NCBI GenBank assembly: GCA_051362555.1
Contig: CM120642.1
Span: 8,866,001 to 8,930,000 of the forward strand
Direction: 5' to 3'
DNA from: Lingula anatina
Taxonomy: Eukaryota > Animalia > Brachiopoda
Length of the DNA: 64,000 nt
The translations under genes and the position numbers were made by a program. Of the stretch, positions 12,501-23,656 are shown piece by piece. The first letter of the stretch is position 1; every line of letters starts with the position of its first letter. The notes under the pieces are model-generated. The model was not told the DNA's origin, searched no databases, and worked only from the letters and a program-made list of their open reading frames with translations.

Positions 12501-13897
12501 AAATGTTTAGAAAAACAAAGTTTAAAATACAAAGTTCATACAAAAAGTGAATTTTGGCCTTTTGCATTTTACAAAATGCGAATTTTGAAATGCACAATTT
12601 ATTATTTCTTACGAATTTTATTTTTCTATCAAACGAAGTACTGTTCTTTACAAAGCTTTTGATCACTACCGTGACCTTCCTCATTTGCATCATCTCACGT
12701 AAATCCTTTTACTATGACCCAATTTCCCTTTACCGTCCCTTTCCGTTTTATAGTTTGGGGGGGTCCCCCTGACGAGGAAGATTGAAGAAAGAGGAGTCAT
12801 GACATGTCCAGGCATGTCCCCCCCCCCCATTTTTTCTCAAATAACGCAAAAAGCTGGTCAGCAAACAAATACAACCGTCCATTCAGTGCTATTCAAAGTG
12901 TCACCATTGTGGTGTATAGAAGCGCGTGGCGATGGTGTCACCTTCCACCTTAGTTGCTACGTGAAGTAGAAACCACAATACATTTTTCGTTCTTCGTGTC
13001 AGTCTATTTTACAAAGGTCTCTGCATTCTTTATTCATATAAATATCAATTACCAACATTACAAATAATATATTTTCTGTTACGAGTTCTGCATCTACTTG
13101 CTGCTAATGATTTTATTTTCTATTCTACAGCAACTAAATTAAACTTATCGGTCATAGTAAAAGGATTTACGTGAGATGATGCAAATGAGGAAGGTTACGG
13201 TAGTGATCAAAAGCTTTGTGTACTTCGTTTGATAGAAAAATAAAATTCGTAAGAAATAATAAATTGTGCAAAAAATAAATAAATAAATGAAATAAATTAT
13301 TTTGCTGATAATCCCACCGAAAAGGCAGCACTCTGAGATGAAAGGGCAGTATGACGTGCATAGCACCATGGCGGGTTAGCTATACTGACTCAATTCAAGT
13401 TTGATCTGTTGCGTAGCTGGTAAAGGATAGAGATCAATGACCATCCCCGCCTAAGCATCATTTTAAGAACCTTTAAATGAAGAGTAAGGAAGTGTTATCG
13501 ACGAGGCAGACATTATGATAACGACCAGCAAAAGTTGTTGCCAAATTGATCACTTATGCGAAACTATACCGGCTTTTTATGCAAAAGGTAATTTGCCGGG
13601 ACCGACGAGTGCTTGCATTCGTATTCACGCCTTCCCGATCACGTGACCAGCTCGTATCCGAGGGGAAGGTGACATGCCTCATCCAGGAATCGAACTCGTG
13701 TCTACTCTTTTTCTTGAGATGTTTATCGTTTCTGCCACTTCGCAGCGTTTAGAAACAATTCATTATAATGTATAAATCCTTTTTCAATATGTTAATTACT
13801 GTTATAATGAAAGTAATATGGGGAGAAACAGCCTCGAAGTGACTAACAAAAATGGTTTGATACCTACACCCCCCCCCAAAAAAATGGTTTGATACCT

Positions 13898-13938
<41 letters not shown>

Positions 13939-16900
13939 ATATAGAGAAGAGGGACCACGGTAAGCCGAATTGCATATTAGACTAAACGGTATCTTTTCAT
14001 TCCGCCTGGCGTTTTCAGCATATGGTCCACATACATGTGCTTCGCTTAAATTGTTTTGACGGTACCTTTTTTGAAACTTCATACACACTTTGAGTCATTG
14101 ACATTCAAGATATCGATTTTATATTGTTATGATAGTGTCCTGGAAGCAGAGCCACCCGTATTTTAAGTCATTTAATGCCGTTTGTGTTGAAAGTAACAAC
14201 GCTGATAAGCACTCTTTATTGAATCAAACAGTATTCACCTAACTGCTTTTCTGTAGATACCCTTTGTTTAGATATAACCAAAAGCGCTGCACATCCGTAC
14301 TGCTGTTTGTACTGCTACACAAACACAGTTAAATTGATATTTTAGACTATATATATATATTTAATTTAGTAGTTAGTGGATCCTGTAGGAAGTTTGAAGT
14401 TTGATTGGGTGTATTTTGGAACAGGTTTGTTGAACAATTGCCATGGCCTTAGGCCAGGAAAGTATCACATTCATGGTTTTATATAGAAAACCTATTTTAA
14501 AAAGACAACCGTTGCTTAAATTTGCTTGTTGACATGTCAAAAGAAAGAGAAAGAACACAAAACATTCGTCATATCCAGAAATACGCCATTCTCTTTTATT
14601 AAAATTATTAATACTATTAAATTACTATTATTATGGTATTGCAATACGATATCCAAATGGTTATATTATTATCATAAAACATTTCTTATAGCGTAATCCA
14701 TTGAGCCGCATGAAATTTGATAGCTGTATTTCTACATTATTGTCTTTCTTTTCAAGACACAAACGAATGCATTATATCGTCTGGCGTCTGCGAGCAGTTT
14801 TGTCATAACAGCAATGGCGGATACTCCTGCAGCTGCCAAACTGGATATCAAGTCGCTGGAAACGGGCATGCCTGTTTAGGTATAGGGGAGGGTATAGTTA
14901 TTGATAAATGTTGATATTTACTGCGGATGTTTGATAGAAAAGGAGAATTTATTGCACCTGGAAGACTTTTGAATATATATTTATAAAGCATTCACTCCCT
15001 TTTTTGCACCATATTGCTGGACTTGTTTATGTACACGTACACTGATGCTCATAAGTTAAGCAACACCCCGATTTTTTCAAAAGTTTCTTCTATCATGATC
15101 ATTATTTCATTTGTTGGTGGGATAATGCATATTTCTTTTATATTTAATAAATAACTTATTCAAGTTGAATATTTCGGTTAAAGAAATACACCACATAGCT
15201 TATTGTAATAATCAAAATAACTTTATTAACCAAACGGTACTAAAATATGCCAAACCATGTGTCAAATAAGTATGCTCACACAGCAAAAAGTACGTGCTGA
15301 TTAAAACAGCTCTTTATGAAAAAAATAAAGTTCGGTCATCTAAGAATTAGCTTTAATAAAAGAAGACTGTAGATAATAGATGACTAATCGTCTATTATGC
15401 AATAAATATCGGGTGTGCCTTCACTGGTTTTGAACAACAGGTTCACATTGTCTCCTGCCACTTGCCACAAAATTCTGCCAATCTTGCTTTGGGAGCCTGT
15501 TCCATTCTTCATTTACTGCCTGCTGGACCTTTCTAATGTTTCTAACTGGAGGTTGTCTCTCATTTACAGCCCTGTCAATCATATCCTAAGCATGTTCGAT
15601 TACAATGAGAATTGGTAAATATGCAGGCAAAACCAAATGTGGGATAGCGTGCTGTTGCAGCGCGTCTTGCACGGACCATGCTTTCTGGATGGGCACATTG
15701 TCCTGCACCAAAATGATTTTTCTTCATGGATTTGCTTGAATGTGTGATTGTATGCGCCCCAATGGTATTTCGTCTCTGTATAGTTGACCAGGGTACCTCC
15801 TTTGAATGATGTACGGTGGCAATTTTTCATCATATGAGAAACCCCACCATACTATGACGGAAACTCCACACCCTGAACACGCAGAAGAACACAATCATCC
15901 TGAAACGCTTGGTTTGGATGTCTCCAGACGCCTAGCCGACCATCTGCATACATCAAAGTGAATCTGGTCTCCTCAGTCCACAGGACCTTTCGCCCAGTCC
16001 TGAGATTCCATCTTTCTCGCTATCTGGCTCATGTCAATCTTATTTGCTTGTGTTTGTTGGTCAACTGTGGCTTTTGACGAGGTCTTTTAGATGGAAGTTC
16101 AGCTTCTAAAAGATGCCTGTTGACTGTTTGCCTTCTGATTTAAGCCCTTCCTTATCCAGGCCAGATGTTCCTCAGTTGTTTGGCTGATATGAACTGGTCC
16201 TGGTGGCATAATCGAACCAGATAACTTCATCTCTTGCGTCTGTTAATATTGGTCTACCAGAAAGAGGCTTGTCCAATACATGATGAGCTTGGCGCCATTT
16301 TGCTACCAGCTTGGATACTTGACTTGGTGCTACTTTTTTGTTGCCTTGCAATCTGTCTCTTTGGCACCCCAGCACGATGGCTTTCCATTATTTGCCATCT
16401 GATTACCTCATTGAGTCCTCTTCTAACCATTGGTTGGCCCAAAATAACAAATTGTGCCCATGAAACTAGCCAAACTGGTAGCTCCTCATGGCATGTTTTT
16501 CGCAAGTGGCACCCCCATTGCATATTCTATCGTGTCCAACAGTAAATAGTACTCTAATGTCACGGTCCAGTAAGTCAAAGTAAAAACAAGATAAATATCT
16601 AGCTACTGTACAAATTTTGCCTCAATAAAATTTTGGTTGCTGAGAAATTTGAGAAATAAGAAAGTGTTGCTTAACTTATAAGCATCAGTGTAAGTCATTA
16701 ATACAAAAATAATTGTGCATCGCGGAACAAGTAGTAACAAAGTTGGCTAGAAGAAATTTATGAACATTGGCAGTCCATGTGACCATTTTTGAAAGGGATA
16801 CTGAAAGTGATTGATCCCGATCGATTTTTCACAAAGTACATATTGTTACTGCATCCTTTTTATTTGGCTTAAAAACCACTTATACTGATTTTAATGTTGC

Positions 16901-18302
16901 CATTTTGTATCGCTACAGTATAGAAAAACAATGAAGCTTCTAAAAGACGAAAAACATTTCACATGGAAATTCTGCTATGCACTTTTAAAATGTTTCTTTA
17001 GAGGAAACGAGTTACATTCGCCTGAAACTTATGATGTAGATTGGTTGTAAAAAGTACGATTTTCTTATCCTCATGCGAGTTTTCATACATCATTTAAATC
17101 ATTATGCGTTATAATGAAATAATATATTTTGTCTGATTTCAATTTCTCTTAGATATAGACGAATGCCTCACGAACAATGGCGGCTGTAACCAAACTTGTG
17201 TGAATCAGATAGGCTCCTATATTTGCACGTGTCCAGTAAGGGCATACAAGCTTGCTGAAAATGAACATGATTGCATAAGTAAGCATTCTTTTGGGCAACC
17301 TTCTCCGTGTTTACACAACGGTTGCAGTGTACCATTTTCGACATTTACTGTTCGATGTTTCATCATAGTCACATTCATAGGGATGGGGTTTGTGTGCCCC
17401 ACGAGTTCTATTTTAGAATATAAATTTTTAAAACAAAACGAACTATACTGAATGTTGCCAAATTATCTTATCCGGAATTTTTCCAACAAATCGAATTTTC
17501 CTGCAACAGGCAATTGTGCCCTACAGGTACCCACAGATCAATGTTGACCATTCCTTGCAATAGGATACGTTGTGTTATATCATTTGTAATCCCAAAATAA
17601 CTCTAAATGTATATTTTTGCTTTGTTAAATTATAAGTATTTTTGGAAATTATAAGTATTTTTGGAGATGAAGTCGCCCGAACTATTGAAGTTAAAGCCAG
17701 ATAATCGCCATTTTTATCATTAAAATTCAGTTCTAAAAAACTGGCTTGTCGCTTACACCGCCATGTCTTCCGGTGTATTTTAGAGAGAAATATGAACAAA
17801 AGGTACTAGCACTTTAATCGTTACTTAGGCCTTAATTGGCAAGAATAAGTACGCGTAGATGTAGTTTTGCAAGGTATGTAGACAAAATATGACTTTGGTA
17901 AATTTTCAAACGTGGATTTCAACTATTTCTTGTTCAAGGGTAGTGATAAGAAAAACTCATTTTTTTTACAATAAAACCGACTTTATTGGGAAATGTATAA
18001 TAGCATATAATAGCGTATAATAGCAGTGAAAATTCTCCATTTCAGGAAAATACCAAATAGAGCGGAAATACACCATACTTGGAAAAAACAAACGAGTCAA
18101 CGGCTACAGCATTTATTCAAAGGTTGCACAAAGCCGGTTGGATTGTGCCACCGCGTGTTTACGAGAATCCCGCTGTCGGTCCTTCAACGTGGAAATCCCA
18201 CAAGGACAGTCAAGTGGCTACCGTTGTGAACTGAATACCTATCTGCCTGCGGTCAATGAATTAGAAAACCAAGAATCTTTTGAAATATACGAGATACCGT
18301 AA
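590..18302 (+). CDS. Secreted EMI-like + EGF + 3x cbEGF + C-terminal PAN/apple domain protein (paralog A), 8 coding exons
   Basis: Hand-spliced exons 590-648, 1231-1335, 1865-1938, 2059-2148, 2789-2908, 14757-14879, 17153-17278, 18046-18302, all GT-AG with consistent phases. Translation: signal-like [18 protein letters not shown]; EMI-like [33 protein letters not shown]; [13 protein letters not shown]; cb[35 protein letters not shown].., DIDEC..; PAN-like [23 protein letters not shown]; stop TAA. The exon structure is mirrored by paralog B. Confidence 0.85.
791..1161. repeat. 47-bp minisatellite, ~7.5 copies, in intron 1 of paralog A
   Basis: Unit tcctaRagatgtgttagtaaaccgttgacatagatatgatcttaYac starts at 807, 854, 901, 948, 995, 1042, 1089 and 1136. 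Confidence 0.95.
4390..4929 (-). mobile_element. tRNA-derived SINE-like module, copy 1
   Basis: Minus strand head GGCGCAATCGGTAGCG (A box)..GGCTGTTAA..GAGTTCGAATCCC (B box), a ~400-bp body and a (TTTA)-rich tail. Other copies lie at 5945-6484, 13270-13707 (5'-truncated) and 7530-7578 (fragment). Confidence 0.6.
5945..6484 (-). mobile_element. tRNA-derived SINE-like module, copy 2
   Basis: Near-identical to 4390-4929. Confidence 0.6.
7920..8445. repeat. Diverged ~250-bp tandem repeat (2 full units plus the start of a third)
   Basis: Anchor cacccaagYggtctgcgccRRccatg at ~7922, ~8168 and ~8420, with alignable spacers. Confidence 0.8.
9030..9744 (-). pseudogene. Intronless SLOG-superfamily-like (circularly permuted YpsA-related, phage/large-DNA-virus type) nucleotide-binding protein pseudogene
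   Basis: ORF 9250-9744 gives [37 protein letters not shown]. Across two frameshifts it continues [61 protein letters not shown] (stop at 9030-9032). Confidence 0.7.
10815..11480. repeat. Diverged direct duplication (~380-bp period)
   Basis: ccactgcacca..aattctaatgatgaca..ggtctaagg.atctattgctca..gtcctaggctgatcaa..atttatggc occurs at ~10815-11045 and ~11196-11452. Confidence 0.8.
12485..13270. repeat. Direct and inverted copies of the 8444-9006 segment forming a fold-back
   Basis: 12485-12719 is a direct copy of 8444-8684; ~12800-13270 is an inverted copy of ~8550-9006; 12591-12719 and 13150-13270 are near-perfect inverted repeats. Confidence 0.85.
13270..13707 (-). mobile_element. tRNA-derived SINE-like module, 5'-truncated copy 3
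   Basis: Matches ~4400-4827 with scattered substitutions; retains the B-box (gagttcgattcc on the minus strand). Confidence 0.6.
15040..16690 (-). mobile_element. Tc1/mariner DNA transposon with decayed transposase
   Basis: TIRs cactgatgctcataagttaagcaacac / gtgttgcttaacttataagcatcagtg with TA duplicated on both sides; the empty site cacgTAagtcatt is present in paralog B (~29185). Minus-strand transposase remnants from ATG 16430: [48 protein letters not shown], with stops and frameshifts. Confidence 0.93.
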
Positions 18303-20348
18303 TATACGTACTCTTTACACAACATATACAATATACTTTTATAAACGACACCACAAAAGCAAATCAAATCAAAACAACCAGGCGGTGAACACTGGCGGTC
18401 AATTTCGCCATTTATTTCGTTCATTAAAAAAAAACTTGTTTTGTGCTGAAATAAAGTGATATTTGTGACTTCTTGTCAGAAATCCTTTCAGTCTATGTAT
18501 GCATATGTTAACCTCCCCACCAATCAAAAATAACATTGGAGACCAAGAAAACGGCCTATATCACTTTCCAGCATAAGCACAATATGTAAACTTTAGAAAC
18601 GTTACTTGTACAGAGTTGATAAATTTCTGCCAGCCATGGAATTCAAAGGGAAACTCTTAGGTATAGCAACTATTCTCTGTGGATCTCATGAAGACAGAAA
18701 AGATGCCGCTGCGCTTAACATAAGAAATCAAAGTCCATGTAGCAAGTCTATGTGCATTTTAGCCTTGCTTAATAACTTCTATAGTATTGATTCACATAAA
18801 TGCGCCATTGCATGACTGATCAGGTCTTAACCTTTTCACCGGATTTACCTGATCACTGTCCCAGACCATCGTCGTCATCAGACCGCCTTGAGAAATTTTG
18901 ATTACAGTTTAAAGTAAAATTTATGGTTTCTTTTCGACGTTTATTCATTTTTATAAAATCCAATCATAAGACATGGTAGTAATTAATCCATGTAACATTA
19001 TAGCAATGAAGCCAATTAAGGCTGAACTTTTATTATGGGCATACATTTCTTCACGATTATTACGCTTTGATGTTTTTTTATATAATTATCAAATTAGTAT
19101 ACTGAAATTGATTTGAACCATTATCCATGACGTGCCTAACGATATAAAATTGTTATATACTGTGTATAACACAATGAAGAGATCTAGGTGAAATGATGGG
19201 GGAGTGTGACAATCACAAGTACAAGTATTTAGGTAAAGATGGTTTAACTTACCATCTACGTGTATCGCCTGATACAGTGGATGTTTCCCCGATCAACATG
19301 ACTTTGACGTTTGAATTTTGCAGACTAATTTGACAAATCTAGCCAAAACAAAGTCACTGCGACTCGGTAACCTTTGTACCACAAGAAGGCTGTCAAAGGC
19401 GTATATACATATACATATCTGTTGCTTCAATTGTAAAGTTGTCCAGCACATTACATCGTATCGATGTAACATTATCTATTGCGGTAGTGATGATAGAGAA
19501 ATTCCATTCTTTACACGATATTGATTTTTATAACATCAGTTGCATTAGAGGATGCCCACCGTAATATACCTGTATTGTTAACAATGGGTTAAGATGTCTG
19601 AAAACCTAATCTTTGAGCATTTTTAAAGGTCATTTTGCGATTTTAAATGACATACATATAAGCATTGTATAACGGCATGATGTTAAGAAACACTCTGTTG
19701 TCTCGTATACTTCAAGTAAGACTCAAACTACCTGTCAGCGATAAACCGTTTAACTGTACCCTTCCCAACAGGAAAAGCACTCAGAGAGTGCAGACCTCCG
19801 CCAAGGAACTCAGGGAGCGCAGATCTCTACTGAGGGCTGCTCAATTCTCATTATTACTGTTAATTATAGCGATTTGGTATTGGGTATACGTTGGTACGAA
19901 AGGAGAAATTGCTGAAATGTCCGGAAAATGTATTGTTTTGTTTTACAGATGTAACGAGCGTTGAATGTGATAAATGATTTGAAATATGTTTCAGAGTACT
20001 CGGAACCCTGCCAAAGAGGGGATGGAGATGGGTGTAACCTGCTGCCTACACCTCTTAAACGTACTGGGCGGGCTGGTGCATGGTAGAGATTATCAAACAC
20101 ATACAATGTGTTTGATATATAATTTTATTATACATCGTGGGCAAGAAAGGCCTAGGCGTGATGAATTTCGCATACACGCATGCCATGCACGAATGAGCAG
20201 TAGTTTAAAAGTTATATGCAGTGCTTGTTGGGAAGGTCCACCTTATGTGAAATCCGCTCTTGCTTTGACCTTGTATTCATTTTGTTTACTCACATTATAA
20301 GTTATTAAAGAAATAAATTATGTAAACTAACAGTGCATTTTGCTTGAA

Positions 20349-22066
20349 CACTGAGAATAAAATTGAAGTCATTTGACTGTCTAGTCAGAGTCCAGCACCC
20401 CTTGACCCTCATGGAGTTAATTTGACTCCTACAGAAGGGTCAAATTATCCCACTACCAGAGCTTTAGACTCTCTTATCAGAGTCAATCACCCCCTGGATC
20501 TCATGGAGTCAATCTGACTCTAAAATCAGAGTCAAATTATCGGGAGCCAGTGTCATGGCTGCCCCTTTCACCGACTCTTTTCGCTCGCTGACAGTAAGCT
20601 TCGTTTCATTACTTGTGATGACAGTGAGCAGACGGCGTGGAGATAACAGTTTTCAACATCCTTTGTCAGTATAAACATTACTTTATTGGCCATAGTTGGT
20701 TTTATGCATGAAGAAGTGGTTTTCTGTGTGTTTCTGCATGCAGAACTCGTGCACTTAATGATTACTGACCCGGGCTTTCAGTTGCCACACCCTTTATGTG
20801 ACATGTTGGTATACAGGTCAGCAGGTTTTATTATTTCCAGGTTGTAGGTTTGACCTACCAATGCATGTCAGTGGAGAGGTATGCTCACTCATTGGTATAT
20901 ATATATAGAGATGTTATGATTAAATGCTTACAGTGTAGAAGAAATAATAAAAACAGATTATGTGAAATATAAAATGAATTGATTTTATTTGGGTTATTTA
21001 TTTATTTCAAACCAATTAATTATCAAACATGAAGCTTATTTTTAGAAACATTAACATATATTACTGCAGTATAACCCTGCTGGTACACAGATCTACAGTT
21101 CTAAAATGCAAATACCTTTCACACACCACTGATGAAATGTGAATAAAATATTAATCATATGTATAAAGTAGTAAAAATATCACAAAATGTGTGTAGGCAA
21201 GATATTTCTACAAGTAACCTCATTAATCAGTCAGGAAACTTCATATTGCATTCAATAAATGTAGAAATTTGAGCAAGAGAAATTCTACATACAGGCATGA
21301 CAGATTTACCATATATTGCCACCAACCCTTAACTGAATGGGCATAGAAAGAACAAAGTGAGTCTCCTTCCCATTTAAAATGAATAATAAAAAATAAATAT
21401 ATAAATAAAAAACAGATACTGTCATTCTTAATACTGAAAAACAATTGCACCTTGCAGCCTTCACTGCCTCACTATTTGCAGACAATGCTCTAGTCACTGT
21501 AACTGTGTACTTTTGATGAGGCATAGACGCAAGAATAACTCCTTAGTAAGTATATTGTGAAGGTCTCTTTTGTCATAAATCTGTCACGTATAAGCTGAAT
21601 GTACATATTGCGATTCACACCACAGCAGCTTGTCTTAGTAAGGACTCAACCAGTTGAAAACTTGTGGCACAGCTTCAGGGACAAGATCACACCATCTACC
21701 CTTGCTGTGATGATGGATCTACAAGTACATTATGTCTTGTCCTCCTAGTTTCTCTAATACCATTTCCCCTGATCTATGCTCACATCAATCTCTACAGCTT
21801 TACCAACAGCTACACAGTTTTACATCTGAAAGTATAAAGCCAAAACTGTAATAAAGCACTATCAATTTACTTGTTATACATTGATTTGAGGGCAAGAGAA
21901 AAAGGCAGAAACCTCATATCATAATCAAGATAATTGAAAATCAAATATGCATAATCAAATAGCTTTAATTGTATATAGTACTGATAATTTAATCTTTTAA
22001 ACTTCAGCATAAATGTTGACTTTCTCTTGTTAAAGCATAGCCACTTTATCAAAATGTGCATGAACA

Positions 22067-22105
<39 letters not shown>

Positions 22106-22876
22106 CAGTCTGCAAACATGATGGAACATGGAGGTCAATTGCCACAAAATAAGTTGATTTGTACTTGGTAGCCTGAGAAATAATATCAGGTATTAATTTG
22201 AACAGTAATAATACCACAGAGTTAACAACGACACAAGCATATGGTGTTATGTAACAAAATTCATGCATTACTTGCAGTGGCAGTGTCCTCCTCAACCTAT
22301 CGTGCACCGCAGGTTTTGATTTTCAATGTCATCAAAAATTTTTATTGTTTTTAGTTTGATCTATGTATCTGCTATTCAAATAATATCGTTTGGAAAATAA
22401 CTAACTGATTTAATTATGCTTTTGCAACATGAAATTATCATTAACTTTGCCGGTTCACGTGTACACAGTAGGCCCTACCTTGCTATCAGTGCTGCTCTTT
22501 TCTCCCCAACTCGCCACTGACAGGCTAACCACATCGTTTGAAAACAACGTTGGTATGCTCCTTTACTTTCGGTGTTGGCAGTTTCGCCCCGGGGACATCG
22601 TCTTCGGTTAAAAACAACGTATCGTTTTCACCCATCTTTGCATTGCTCCTGTACAAAATGTCCGCTTGCTGCCCCCCCAAGGGAAAAATCGTAGCACGTG
22701 GGTAGTTACGCAAGACCAGTGACGTATAACGCGCGCAAGGTTATTGTGACCCTCCTGTGGGGTCTGGGATGGCATTTCTCCATCGGAGTCAACTTGACTC
22801 CAATTGGGGGTTATTTTAGGCACCACTGCTGGACTCCAAGTTTGGAGTCACTTGGACTCCGATTTTATTCTCAGTG
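20349..22876. mobile_element. Non-autonomous EnSpm/CACTA(CMC)-type element with a captured SAP-SWIM gene remnant
   Basis: TIRs cactgagaataaaatYgRagtc at both ends, 2-bp AA target duplication, clustered subterminal ggagtcaa/ttgactcc repeats at both ends. Confidence 0.8.
21440..22635 (-). pseudogene. SAP + SWIM domain gene remnant (type associated with YqaJ/lambda-exonuclease in ISL2EU/KolobokP transposons)
   Basis: MGENDTLFLTEDDVPGAKLP..EHTNVVFKR/WLAC..EKRAALIAR followed by a gt donor; the next exon gives CVAVGKAVEIDVSIDQGKWY and VILASMPHQKYTVTV..LSANSEAVKAARCNC; frameshifted. Confidence 0.6.
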
Positions 22877-23656
22877 AACGGTTGTAGATGGATGTGTGAT
22901 CAGAATTCGATCTTAAGAAATAATCAGATAATGTCGTGTGTAATTTTTGAAAATTTTTCGAAATAGCATAATGTATAATACTGGGGGTATACTGTGCAAT
23001 TAGCTTCAGTACAAAGCACCTTTGAAACATGCGAAATTTTCAGTTGATAGATTGATGCATCAGAATATAAGACATAAATAATAAAGCTGTGCAGTTATCC
23101 CAGTTATATAATTTTACCTACAAGTATTTATAGTAATACATGCCTAACGATCTTATGTGACCGTGGCAATGTGCTCTTTATTTTGTTTAATAGATATTTT
23201 TTTGATGAAATGCGAGTACTTACTCTCTGCACGTGTCTCACACGTAGTCCTCAAGACCGCACACTACTGGTGTTTGTTTAAGAGAAGTTGTGTCCATTAG
23301 TGCCAACTAAAGGACATTTGTCTGGTTTTTAATGTTAAAGCAATAGCAAGCGTAATTTCAGTGACAGCTGAAAGAGCACAAAGCACGGGATGTACTAGAA
23401 AGTGTCCTCTTTTAATAAAAAAAGGACTATGGTACATGTAGTTATCGCCACGGTTGGACTATAAGCGGAAAACTAAATCAATACAGCTAAATCAATACAG
23501 CTTAAGGCGTAGATTAATTTATAACTTTTTGCCTATGTAGGGCATATTTAATAATTTGTCAGTTCGGGGAACGGGTTCTCACTTGTCAAAACGGCATATT
23601 TTGGTTGACATTCCTTGTTCTTATTTCAGATAAAACGCGAAGTCTGTAACTTGAGA

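Larger units (their letters stand above)
2960..13707. mobile_element. Large decayed, rearranged insertion (virus/Maverick-like or composite) in intron 5 of paralog A
   Basis: Similarity to the paralog-B intron stops at ~2957 and resumes at ~13950. The block holds decayed ORFs, a SLOG-like pseudogene, tandem and inverted repeats. No polymerase, integrase or capsid motif was recognised, so the class is uncertain. Confidence 0.5.

Noticed and set aside
13845-13940. Poly-Gly ORF / long poly-C tract
   Set aside because: A homopolymer next to a 20-bp local duplication; length is unreliable and there is no coding evidence (likewise poly-G at 57227-57251).
19775-19845. actcagagagtgcagacctccgccaagg motif, duplicated
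   Set aside because: Looks like the end of a common non-autonomous repeat, but no second terminus or TSD was found; too short to classify.
19949-20082. Possible exon between the EGF paralogs
   Set aside because: Has an acceptor but stops in the plausible frames and no recognisable domain.
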